DNA of 64,000 nucleotides from Thermoanaerobaculia bacterium (GTDB lineage: Bacteria > Acidobacteriota > Thermoanaerobaculia > Multivoradales > Multivoraceae), in NCBI GenBank assembly GCA_963666565.1, contig OY762911.1, positions 1,824,001-1,888,000 of the forward strand, in the 5' to 3' direction. The position numbers and the translations under genes were made by a program. The notes below the pieces were generated by a model, which worked only from the letters and a program-made list of their open reading frames with translations, made no database searches and had not been told where the DNA came from. How positions within the stretch are numbered: the first letter of the stretch is position 1; each line of letters starts with the position of its first letter. Positions 1-8,848 of this stretch are shown piece by piece.

Positions 1-67
1 ACGCGGCCAGGGCCAGCGACCCGATCAGGATGGCGACGGCTACGAGCCAGCCGGTTCGTCGACTCAT
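1..67 (-). CDS. 5' end of a gene running off the window; N-terminal signal/anchor peptide (possibly an RND membrane-fusion protein)
   Basis: Reverse strand from ATG at 67 reads MSRRTGWLVAVAILIGSLALAA (basic then hydrophobic). The MFP identity is only inferred from the nearby RND permease, which has no adaptor in the window. Confidence 0.4.
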   Translation of the reverse strand, partial: MSRRTGWLVAVAILIGSLALAA

Positions 68-220
68 GTTCTCGCTCTATTCACTCGGTGGCCTGACGAG
101 CGTTGGACGTTAGCACGGGCGCGGTCCGGCGGCGGACGCGGCGGCGCCGCTCCCGCCGGCCCCTCCGTTCGAGCCGTCCCGACGGCTGCGTTCCGCGGCG
201 CAAGCCCGTAGACTGTGGCC

Positions 221-1264
221 ATGGCGGCCGGCGCGAACATTCCTCCCGTGCTCGTCCTCAGCACCGGTCGCTGCGGATCGACGATGATCTCGGACGTCCT
301 GCGCCTGCATCCGGCGATCCTGAGCGTCTCGGAGTTCTTCTCCGCGTACCAGATGAGCCTGTTCGGCAAGCGCCGGCCGAGCGGCGACGACATGTGGCGC
401 CTCTACAGCGTCCAGTCGCGCCGGACGCGCCTCGCGCTGCGCGAACCGTTCAGCGAACTCCTCTACCCGTTCGACGACCCCGGCGCCCGCTACAGCCGGA
501 CGACGGTGCCGCCGATCATGGCCATCACGCTGCCGCACCTGACCGACCGGTACGAAGAACTGTACGAGGAACTGGCGCCGGTCGTCCGCGGGCAGCCGCG
601 CCAGTCGCCGGCGGACCACTACCGGGCGCACTTCTCCTGGCTGATGGAGCGGCTCGACCGGAAGGTCTGGGTGGAGCGATCGGGCGGTTCCCTGCTGGTC
701 TCGCCGCTGGTGCTCCGCAACTTCCCCGAGGCCCGGGTCGTCCACGTGTACCGCGACGGACGGGACACGGCCATCTCGCTGAGCGGCCATCCCGCGTTCC
801 GGGGACTGCTGGCCAAGGCGCGCACGATTCGCCGCCTGGGCATCGATCCGGTCGCCTCCATGCCCCTGGTGCAGCGCTTCAACCGGCTGGGCTACTGGCT
901 CGACAACCTGTCGGACCGGTTCATCGACATCGAACGCCTGCCGTACGACGAGGTGACGCTGGCCGACTTCGGCGCATTCTGGTCCAGGCTGATCCTGATC
1001 GGCCACCGGACCTTCGGGAGATTCGGGCCCGACCGCTTGCTGAACGTGAAGTTCGAGGAGGTCCAGGCGCATCCGGAGCGCGAACTGAAGCGCCTGATCC
1101 GGTTCATCTCCCCGGAACTCGACGACGACGCCTGGCTGCGCGAGGCCGCCGCGATACCCCGGCCGACGACCCGGTCCCGCTTCGACCGGCTCGACGCCGC
1201 GCAGCAGGCGGCCGTCACCGAGGCTTGCCGTCCCGGTCTGGAACTGCTCGGCTACCCCTTCTAG
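221..1264 (+). CDS. PAPS-dependent sulfotransferase family protein
   Basis: 5'-PSB loop STGRCGST and 3'-PB motif RDGRDTAIS. ATG at 221 lies 6 nt after TAGACT. Confidence 0.85.
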   Translation: MAAGANIPPVLVLSTGRCGSTMISDVLRLHPAILSVSEFFSAYQMSLFGKRRPSGDDMWRLYSVQSRRTRLALREPFSELLYPFDDPGARYSRTTVPPIMAITLPHLTDRYEELYEELAPVVRGQPRQSPADHYRAHFSWLMERLDRKVWVERSGGSLLVSPLVLRNFPEARVVHVYRDGRDTAISLSGHPAFRGLLAKARTIRRLGIDPVASMPLVQRFNRLGYWLDNLSDRFIDIERLPYDEVTLADFGAFWSRLILIGHRTFGRFGPDRLLNVKFEEVQAHPERELKRLIRFISPELDDDAWLREAAAIPRPTTRSRFDRLDAAQQAAVTEACRPGLELLGYPF

Positions 1265-1303
1265 CGTCGTCGGCCGGAACGCCGCGGGCGGCCGGGCGGC
1301 CGG

Positions 1304-2704
1304 CTACGTCAGCTCTTCCACCCTCACCCGCAGACCGCCCTCGATCCGGTAGGGCATCGGGTTCATCCGCCCGTCGGGGCGGGCCGGCCCGTCGGCGAGC
1401 GGCTGGAGCCGCCACCGCTGAGCGAGCGCGGCGAGGAAGTAGACGCCGAGCCGGACGGAGAACTCGTCGCCCAGGCAGATCCGGAAGCCGTAGCCGAACG
1501 GCTGGTAGGCGTGGGCCGGGGGAGGGGCGCCTTCGGCCAGCCAGCGCTCCGGCCTGAATTCCTCGGGCCGTTCGAAGAACCGCTCCGACCGATGAACCGC
1601 GGGGACCGACGGGAGCATCCTCGTCCCCGCCGGAATCAGGCAGCCGCCGAAGACCAGATCCGCGGAGGCCTTCTTGTCGGCCAGGGCGATGGGCGAGAGC
1701 CGCAGGCTCTCCTTCAGCACCGCCAGCGTCCAGGGGAGCCGCTCGCGGTCGGTGACTTCCACGGGGCCGCCCCCGAGGACATCCGCGACCTCCCGTTCCA
1801 GGCGCTGCCGGTTCGCCGGACTCCAGGCAAGGAAGTCGATGCACCAACTGAGGCAGTACGCCACCGGCCCCATGATCCCGATGAGGAACCCGTACAGTTC
1901 GTCGCGGAGTTCCCGGTCGGTGAAGGGCCGCTCTCCCTCGCGTCCTCGCACCACCCGGCTGATCAGGTCGCCGCCGCGCCACTCGGGGTCGCGGGAGCGC
2001 CGGATGGCGCGGTCGATCAGGCGGTCGAAGTCGGCGAAGCGCCGTCTGGCGCGGAGGATGCCAGGAATGGGAAGTCTCCTGAACACCTCGGTCAAGGGCA
2101 GAACTCCGGCGATTCCCTCCCACTTGAGCGAATCGCGGACCTTCAGCGGCGCTTCGGGGTCGGGTTCGAGGTCCGGGCCGAAGATCACGTTCGCCATCAG
2201 ATCGCTCATCATGGCCATGAACGCCGGATGCGTGTCGACGACGTCGCCCGGACGCCAGCTATCGAGCAGCGCGACGCTCTTGTCGATCATCATGGGGGAC
2301 CAGCAGTCCATGCCCTCGGCGAACGCGGGGCGCAGGTGGGCGCTGCGCCAGCGGTGCGCCTCGCCGTGCGATGCCTGCATCCAGGAGTGCTCGAGCAGCG
2401 GAATCTTCACTGCGGCCACACCCTGCTTGAAGTACCCGCCCTCGGTTGCCTGCAGCGCGGCGACGAGGTCCGGGTCGAACACCGCGCAGGCGTTCTCGTG
2501 CGGCATTCGGAAGAAGGCGAGGCCGCCGTAGCGGCGGTGCAGGTCGGCGAAGAAGTCGGGAAGATGGAAGAGCCGGGAGTGCAGGTTGCGGAACCTGCGT
2601 CCCTTCGGGCCGGGCGGCAGCGGCGTTTCGGCCCGCTCGCGTTCCGACGCCGCGCGGACCAGGCCGTCGAGGTCGGGGAGGCGGCCGTGGGGGCATGAGG
2701 GCAT
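1304..2704 (-). CDS. cytochrome P450 (atypical I-helix)
   Basis: LPPGP N-terminal motif, ExxR (KESLR), PERW, heme ligand FGYGFRICLG. I-helix reads IGIMGPVA. Confidence 0.92.
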   Translation of the reverse strand: MPSCPHGRLPDLDGLVRAASERERAETPLPPGPKGRRFRNLHSRLFHLPDFFADLHRRYGGLAFFRMPHENACAVFDPDLVAALQATEGGYFKQGVAAVKIPLLEHSWMQASHGEAHRWRSAHLRPAFAEGMDCWSPMMIDKSVALLDSWRPGDVVDTHPAFMAMMSDLMANVIFGPDLEPDPEAPLKVRDSLKWEGIAGVLPLTEVFRRLPIPGILRARRRFADFDRLIDRAIRRSRDPEWRGGDLISRVVRGREGERPFTDRELRDELYGFLIGIMGPVAYCLSWCIDFLAWSPANRQRLEREVADVLGGGPVEVTDRERLPWTLAVLKESLRLSPIALADKKASADLVFGGCLIPAGTRMLPSVPAVHRSERFFERPEEFRPERWLAEGAPPPAHAYQPFGYGFRICLGDEFSVRLGVYFLAALAQRWRLQPLADGPARPDGRMNPMPYRIEGGLRVRVEELT

Positions 2705-2809
2705 GACGGCGGTTCCTGTCGAGGCGGTACCCGGATGGCCGCGTTTGTGTCTTCGATGCCGCGCGGCCCCGTGCCGTGTTCTCGAACCTACCGGATCGCG
2801 GCCCGCCCC

Positions 2810-3052
2810 TCACTCCCCGCCGCGGGCGGCCGGGCGGCCGGCGTCCAGGTCGGCGTGCATGGCCGCGACGAGTTCCACCACCTCCGGGCGGGTCGGCCTG
2901 GCGCCCGGACCCTGCTCCTCGACGCGGTCCAGCGTGGCCCAGGCCAGCCGCACGGGCAACCCGGTGAAGCCGAGGTAGCCCCGCGGCGCGCCGTACGACG
3001 TGGGCCATGCCAATGCACGTCCGGCGCACGTGATCGCCGACGACCGCGCGCG
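2810..3052 (-). pseudogene. remnant of a squalene/phytoene synthase paralog: 5'-truncated with a 329-bp frameshifting internal deletion
   Basis: Reads AVVGDHVRRTCIGMAHVVRRA and then, in another frame, PRGYLGFTGLPVRLAWATLDRVEEQGPG...DLDAGRPAA*. Both pieces are near-identical to 7937..8848. The junction is a single GGCGCGCCG, which occurs at both 8331-8339 and 8660-8668 in the intact gene. Confidence 0.88.
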
Positions 3053-3085
3053 ACTGCACTCCGGTGGGCCTGTATCGTGACGGGG

Positions 3086-6000
3086 ATGAACGAGAGTGCC
3101 TCGGGCGGGAGCGGCGGCCCGATCGGCTACATGGTCCGCAACGGCGTCGCGGCCAACCTGCTGATGGCGCTCATCGCGGCGATGGGGGTCCTCGGACTGA
3201 CGGGAATCGTGCAGGAGGCCTTTCCCCTGTTGCCGCAGGACGCGGTCGAAGTGCTCGTGGCCTACCCGGGCGCCGCGCCGGAGGACGTCGAGGAGTCGAT
3301 CGTCCTGCGGGTCGAGGAGGCGGTGGCGGGCTTCGACTGGGTCCGGGAGGTGACGGCGGTCGCCTCGGAAGGCGCGGCGTCCGTCATCCTGAAGCTGAAG
3401 GCCGGCACGGACGCCCGGCAAGCCGTGGGCGACGTCGAGGCCGCCGTCAACGGCATCCGCGGCTTCCCGGCCCGGGCGGAGCGCCCCGACGTTCGGGAGA
3501 TGACGAACCGGCAGAGCGTCATCCGCCTCGTCCTGTACGGCGACGTGTCGGAACGGACCCTCAAGGAACTGGCGTACCGCGCCGAGGACGAGATCGTGAA
3601 GTTGCCCGCCGTCTCCTCGACGGAGACGACCGGGGTGCGACCGTACGAGATCCTGATCGAGCCGCCGCTCCATCGCCTGCGGGCCCTCGGCCTGACCGTC
3701 GAGGACGTGGCCGCCGCCGTCCGCCGCGACTCCCTCGGCCGGGCGGCGGGCAGCATCGACACGCGGGACTCCGCGGTGCGGGTGCGGACCGCCGCGCGGG
3801 AAGTCACCCGCCAGGACTTCGAGGAGATCGTCCTGCTGCCGGCGGCCGACGGGACGATGGTGCGCCTGGGCGACGTGGCCGAAGTGCGGGACGGCTTCCG
3901 GGACGTCGCCACGCTCGCTCGTCACGACGGCCTGCCTGCCGCCTTCGTCGAAGTGCATCGATCCGCGGGAGAGCAGGTCCTGGACGTCGCGGCGGCGGTC
4001 GAGTCGTACGTCGAGGAACGGTTGGCGCCCTCCCTTCCGCCCGGCGTGGAGGCCACGGTGTGGAACAACGAGGCGGATCTCTTCCAGGACCGGCTCCGGA
4101 TCCTCGTGCAGAACGGCCTGCTCGGCCTCCTCCTCGTGCTCGTCGTGCTGGCGCTGTTCCTGGAGGTCCGAACGGCCGCCTGGACCGCCGCCGGCATCGT
4201 CGTTTCGTTCGCCGGAGCGCTGGCCGCCGCGTGGCTGCTCGACGTCTCCCTCAACACGAACTCGCTTCTCGGCTTCATTCTCGTTCTCGGCATGCTGGTC
4301 GACGACGCGGTCGTCGTCGCGGAGCACGTCCACGCCGAGCGGTCGAGCGGCCTCCCCGCGACGATGGCCGCGACCGAGGGCGCCCGGCGCATCGCGAGGC
4401 CTCTCGTCTTCACCGTGCTGACCACGGTGATCGCCTTCGTGCCGCTCCTGTTCGTGCCGGGACCCGCCGGCAAGCTGATGAACAACGTGGCCACCATCAT
4501 GATCGCCGCGCTCGTCGTCTCCCTGATCGACTCGCTGTTCGTCCTGCCCGGGCATCTGGCTCGGATTCCGGCGTCCGGGTCGCCGCGCAACCCGGCGACG
4601 CGAGTCCTCAAGGCGGTCCGCGGCGGCTTGGAGCGCCAGTTGGCCCGGTTCGTCGAAGGCCCCCTGGACCGTGCCCTGCGCCTGGCGACCGAACACCCGG
4701 CGCCGGTGATCGCCGGCGGCATCGCCGTGACGGCGCTCGTCGTCGCCCTCGTTCCGGCGGGGTTCATCGAGGTGGTCTTCCTTCCACCCGTGGACAGCGA
4801 CATCGTGACGGCCGTGCTGGAGATGCCGGAGGGCACGCCCCCCGGTGCAACGGAGGAGGCGGCGAGCCAGGTGGAGGCCGCGGGCCGGCGCGCCCTTGGC
4901 CGCCTCGAGGCGGATCGAGGGCTGCCGGCCGGGACCCTGTTCGGCGGGACTCTCCGGACGATCGGCGTACCGAGGCGGAACTTCGGCGGCAACGCCATCC
5001 TGGACGCCAACCTCCGGCCGCCGGCCAACCTCGCCACGGTCGAGTTCAAGCTGACCGGGAGCGGCGGACGGGATGCGAGCTCGTCCGCCTTCGTGGAGAC
5101 GTGGCGCGAGGAAGCGGCGGCTCTCGCGGGACCGGGGCGCCTCGCCGTCAGCGCCACGCTGATCGACCTGGGCCCGCCGGTCTCGATCGATCTCTCGCAC
5201 CCGGATCCGGAGCGTCTCGCCTTCTTCGCCGAAGCCCTGACGGATGAACTCGGCGCGCTCCAGGGCGTTCACTCGGTGCGCTCGAGCCGCGCCGGCGGCG
5301 TGCGGGAGATCCAGCTCGGCCTGCGGCCGGAAGGCCGCGTCCTCGGCCTGACCGTGGACGACCTGGCCCGGCAGTTGCGTTCCGCGTTCTTCGGCGAGGA
5401 GGCGCTCCGGACGTGGCGCGGCCGCGAAGAAGTGCGCGTGCGCGTTCGCCTGCCGGCGGAGGAGCGCGACTCGGTCGGCGACGTCGAGTCGTACATGGTC
5501 CGGCTTCCGGGAGGCGACGCGGTCCCGCTCGGGCGCGTGGCGGAGGCGCGCTCCGCCCGGCTGCCCTCCTCGATCTCCCGCGCCGACGGCCGGCGGATCG
5601 TGACCGTGACGGCCGACGTCGATATCGGCGTGACCAGCGCGGGCGAAGTGCACGACGTGCTGGCCGGCGACATCCTGCCGAACCTCGTCGACGCCGATCC
5701 GGAGTTGACCTGGAACTTCGGCGGCCAGCAGCGGGAGCAGATCCAGACCTTCCAGCGTCTGCTGGCAGGCCTGCTGCTCGCGCTGGTGGCCATGTACGCG
5801 CTGCTGGCGGTGCCGCTCAGGTCCTACGCCCGGCCGCTGCTGATCATGGCGGTCGTTCCGTTCGGGATCGCCGGCGCCATCCTGGGCCACTGGATCGTCG
5901 GCATCAGCTTCAGCGCGCAGTCGATGCTCGGCATCCTCGGCGTCTCCGGGGTCGTCGTGAACGACTCGGTGATGATGCTCGACTTCATCGACGACCGTCT

Positions 6001-6253
6001 GCGCCGGGGCGTTCCGGCCGCCCAGGCGATCGTGGAGGGCGCCAAGGCGCGCTTCCGGCCGATCTTCCTGACCTCGCTGACGACTTTTCTCGGCTTCGCG
6101 CCGATGATCTTCGAGCGCAGCCCGCAGGCGCAGCTCGTCGTGCCGCCGGCCGTCTCGATGGGTTTCGGCCTGGCCTTCGCGACCGCGGTCCTGATGCTGG
6201 TCCTGCCGGCGCTCGCCGCCGTCGGCTTCGGGGCGGCCCGGGGCGGGCGCTAG
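3086..6253 (+). CDS. RND (AcrB/AcrD/AcrF family) efflux permease
   Basis: About 1055 aa with motifs AANLLM, LGMLVDDAVVV and ARFRPIFLTSLTT, and two TM bundles. Start placed at ATG 3086, because the ORF-track extension overlaps the pseudogene. Confidence 0.93.
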   Translation: MNESASGGSGGPIGYMVRNGVAANLLMALIAAMGVLGLTGIVQEAFPLLPQDAVEVLVAYPGAAPEDVEESIVLRVEEAVAGFDWVREVTAVASEGAASVILKLKAGTDARQAVGDVEAAVNGIRGFPARAERPDVREMTNRQSVIRLVLYGDVSERTLKELAYRAEDEIVKLPAVSSTETTGVRPYEILIEPPLHRLRALGLTVEDVAAAVRRDSLGRAAGSIDTRDSAVRVRTAAREVTRQDFEEIVLLPAADGTMVRLGDVAEVRDGFRDVATLARHDGLPAAFVEVHRSAGEQVLDVAAAVESYVEERLAPSLPPGVEATVWNNEADLFQDRLRILVQNGLLGLLLVLVVLALFLEVRTAAWTAAGIVVSFAGALAAAWLLDVSLNTNSLLGFILVLGMLVDDAVVVAEHVHAERSSGLPATMAATEGARRIARPLVFTVLTTVIAFVPLLFVPGPAGKLMNNVATIMIAALVVSLIDSLFVLPGHLARIPASGSPRNPATRVLKAVRGGLERQLARFVEGPLDRALRLATEHPAPVIAGGIAVTALVVALVPAGFIEVVFLPPVDSDIVTAVLEMPEGTPPGATEEAASQVEAAGRRALGRLEADRGLPAGTLFGGTLRTIGVPRRNFGGNAILDANLRPPANLATVEFKLTGSGGRDASSSAFVETWREEAAALAGPGRLAVSATLIDLGPPVSIDLSHPDPERLAFFAEALTDELGALQGVHSVRSSRAGGVREIQLGLRPEGRVLGLTVDDLARQLRSAFFGEEALRTWRGREEVRVRVRLPAEERDSVGDVESYMVRLPGGDAVPLGRVAEARSARLPSSISRADGRRIVTVTADVDIGVTSAGEVHDVLAGDILPNLVDADPELTWNFGGQQREQIQTFQRLLAGLLLALVAMYALLAVPLRSYARPLLIMAVVPFGIAGAILGHWIVGISFSAQSMLGILGVSGVVVNDSVMMLDFIDDRLRRGVPAAQAIVEGAKARFRPIFLTSLTTFLGFAPMIFERSPQAQLVVPPAVSMGFGLAFATAVLMLVLPALAAVGFGAARGGR

Positions 6254-6272
6254 CGCGGCAGAAGTTCCAGAA

Positions 6273-6298
6273 GCCGGCGGGGACGACGGCGCACCCGG
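6273..6298 (-). repeat. REP-like hairpin copy
   Basis: Reverse complement CCGGGTGCGCCGTCGTCCCCGCCGGC is close to the copy at 54337-54362. Confidence 0.6.
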
Positions 6299-6402
6299 TG
6301 TGCGGCACGGCGCGGGGCAGGCGCCAGCGCCTGCCAGCTAGCCGTATCAACCGAAGATGAAGAGCATGTGTCGTGACAGTGTTCTCTTGGTAGCTTTCGG
6401 CC

Positions 6403-7902
6403 ATGAGCTTCCGGTCGTCGATGCGTTCCTGCCCTCATGCCGGCGGCGCGGAAACCGGACGGGTGCGCCGGGCCACGGAGGCCGAGCGGCGGACCCTGCC
6501 GCTGCCGCCGGGCCCAAGGGGCCGGCGGCTGCGCAACCTGATCGCGAAGTTCAGGGACTACCCCGGGTTCGCGCACGAGTTGCACCGCGAGTACGGCGAG
6601 ATCGCCCTCTATCGCCTGGGGTGGCCTCTCGGCAGGTGCTGCCTCATCTTCGATCCGGCCCTGATGCGGGCCGTGCTCGACATCGAGCCGCGGCCGCTGA
6701 TTCGCCAGCAGATCTCGGTCGACCTGGCGCGAGTCCCTCACGGAGCGGTCTTCGTTCAGTACGGCGAGGCGCACACGGCACGGAAAGCCCTCATGCGAGA
6801 GGCCTTCTCGGAGGATCGAGTGCGCCTCCACGCCGACCACATGGCCGACTGCGTCCGCGCGCGGGTCGACTGCTGGCGGGACGGCCAGCGGATCGACGTC
6901 CTGGACGAGATGCTGCGCCTCTGCCTCGGCTTCGTCGTCGACGTGCTCGTGGGCAAGGACATGGGAGCGGACGCCAGCGTCGCGCTGGAGTTGCGCCGCG
7001 CCCTGAAGACGGAGTGGCTCGTGGAGCAGGTCCCCCTGTTGAGGCGCGTTCGCCGCCTGCCCCTGCCGATCGCCAAGAGAGGGGACAGGGCCTTCGAGAC
7101 GACCGACAAGGTGATCTACGGGGCGATCGAACGTTCGGAGGACCCGTCGTACGAGGGGCACGATCTTGTGTCCCACATCGTCCGGAGGCGCCGCGAGACG
7201 GACGGCGGAGGCCCCTACTCCTCGAACGACGCGATACGGGACGAACTCTGCTACACGCTGAACGCCGCGGGGCCATCGGCGCACCTGTTCGCCTGCGGCA
7301 TCGAACACCTGGCCCGGCGGCCCTCGGCGGCCAGGCGGCTGGCCGCCGAAGCGGACGAGATCCTCGGCGGCAGGCCGGTCCGCGGCGACGACGCCGAACG
7401 CCTTCCCTACGCGACCGCGACGGTCAAGGAGATCCTGCGTCTCCGGACGATCGGCCAGGTCGCCTGGAAGCGGGCCGACGACGATCTCGCGGTCGACGGC
7501 TACCTGATCCCCAGGGGAACGCTGATCCACCCCTGCTTCGCGGTCATCCACCGCAGGGCCGAGTACTGGGAGAACGGCGAGGAGTTCAGGCCCGAACGCT
7601 GGCTCGACGAGTCGGGTCCGGTCCCGACCGTCCTGGACGTGCCGCGGGGCGCCCAACGCGATTCATCGTCCGGCCCGTTTCCATACCATCCCTTCAGCTA
7701 CGGCGCCAGGGAGTGTCCCGGCCGCGGGTTCATCCAACCCCTGGGCGCCCTGTTCCTGGCGGCGGTCGCGCAGCGCTGGGAACTGGAGCGGGTCTCGGAC
7801 GGAGAGATCCCCTTCATCTTCCGTCCCATCGGCGGCCCCATGAGGGTGAAGAAACCGCACTACATGAGGGCGCGGGCCAGGAGCCGGGGCGGAGTCGACT
7901 GA
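6403..7902 (+). CDS. cytochrome P450 (atypical I-helix), paralog of 1304..2704
   Basis: LPPGP, KEILR, PERW and FSYGARECPG. I-helix reads NAAGPSA. It shares the SCPH...PLPPGPxGRRxRNL N-terminus with the first P450. Alternative start at 6421. Confidence 0.92.
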   Translation: MSFRSSMRSCPHAGGAETGRVRRATEAERRTLPLPPGPRGRRLRNLIAKFRDYPGFAHELHREYGEIALYRLGWPLGRCCLIFDPALMRAVLDIEPRPLIRQQISVDLARVPHGAVFVQYGEAHTARKALMREAFSEDRVRLHADHMADCVRARVDCWRDGQRIDVLDEMLRLCLGFVVDVLVGKDMGADASVALELRRALKTEWLVEQVPLLRRVRRLPLPIAKRGDRAFETTDKVIYGAIERSEDPSYEGHDLVSHIVRRRRETDGGGPYSSNDAIRDELCYTLNAAGPSAHLFACGIEHLARRPSAARRLAAEADEILGGRPVRGDDAERLPYATATVKEILRLRTIGQVAWKRADDDLAVDGYLIPRGTLIHPCFAVIHRRAEYWENGEEFRPERWLDESGPVPTVLDVPRGAQRDSSSGPFPYHPFSYGARECPGRGFIQPLGALFLAAVAQRWELERVSDGEIPFIFRPIGGPMRVKKPHYMRARARSRGGVD

Positions 7903-7936
7903 GCCCGCGGCAGCAGTAGAGTCGCTTCCTTCGCCC

Positions 7937-8848
7937 ATGGCCGATCTCGAGGATCTTCTCGTCAAGACGAGCAGGACGTTCGCCCTCTCGATCCCTCAGC
8001 TCAAGGGCCCGATTCGGTGGCAGGTGGCGCTCGGATACCTGCTGCTCCGGATCGCCGACACGTTCGAGGACGCGGCCGTCTGGCGGCGGGAACGGCGCGC
8101 GGAGGCGCTGCTCGCGTTCGCCGACCTGCTCGACGAGCCCCGGGGGACGGTCTCCGACGAACTGGTCGCGTCCTGGCTGGCCGAGCCGCCGACGCGGCAC
8201 GAGGGCTACCTGGAGCTGCTGCGGGCGACGGACGAGGTGCTCGCGGCCTGGGCCGCGCTCGATCCGGCGGCGCGCACGGTCGTCGGCGCGCACGTGCGCC
8301 GGACCTGCGTTGGAATGGCCCACATCGTGCGGCGCGCCGACCGCGAGGGGGAACTCCGGCTTGCCGGCATCCCCGAACTCCGGGACTACTGCTACGTCGT
8401 CGCCGGCATCGTCGGCGAAATGCTGACGGAGCTGTTCCTGCTCGGCGCGCCGCTCGACGCGGTGGCGGAACCGCTCCGCCGGCGCGCCGCGGCGTTCGGC
8501 GAGGCGCTCCAGCTCGTCAACATCCTGAAGGACGCCGCCGACGACGCGGAGGAGGGCCGGAGCTTTCTCTCCGGCGCCCGCGACCGGCAGCTCGCCTTCG
8601 CACTCGCCCGCGCCGACCTGGCGGTGGCGGGCGAGTACGTGGACCATCTCCAGGGGGCGGGCGCGCCGCGGGGCTACCTCGGCTTCACCGGGTTGCCGGT
8701 GCGGCTCGCCTGGGCCACGCTGGACCGGGTCGAGGAACAGGGTCCGGGCGCCAAGCTGACCCGCCCGGAGGTGGCGGAACTCGTTGCCGCGATGCACGCC
8801 GACCTCGACGCCGGCCGCCCGGCCGCGGGCGCGGCCGAGGCGCCGTGA
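7937..8848 (+). CDS. squalene/phytoene synthase family (farnesyl-diphosphate farnesyltransferase-like)
   Basis: Motifs KTSRTFALSI, RIADTFED, YCYVVAGIVG and LQLVNILKDxxDD. Confidence 0.88.
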   Translation: MADLEDLLVKTSRTFALSIPQLKGPIRWQVALGYLLLRIADTFEDAAVWRRERRAEALLAFADLLDEPRGTVSDELVASWLAEPPTRHEGYLELLRATDEVLAAWAALDPAARTVVGAHVRRTCVGMAHIVRRADREGELRLAGIPELRDYCYVVAGIVGEMLTELFLLGAPLDAVAEPLRRRAAAFGEALQLVNILKDAADDAEEGRSFLSGARDRQLAFALARADLAVAGEYVDHLQGAGAPRGYLGFTGLPVRLAWATLDRVEEQGPGAKLTRPEVAELVAAMHADLDAGRPAAGAAEAP

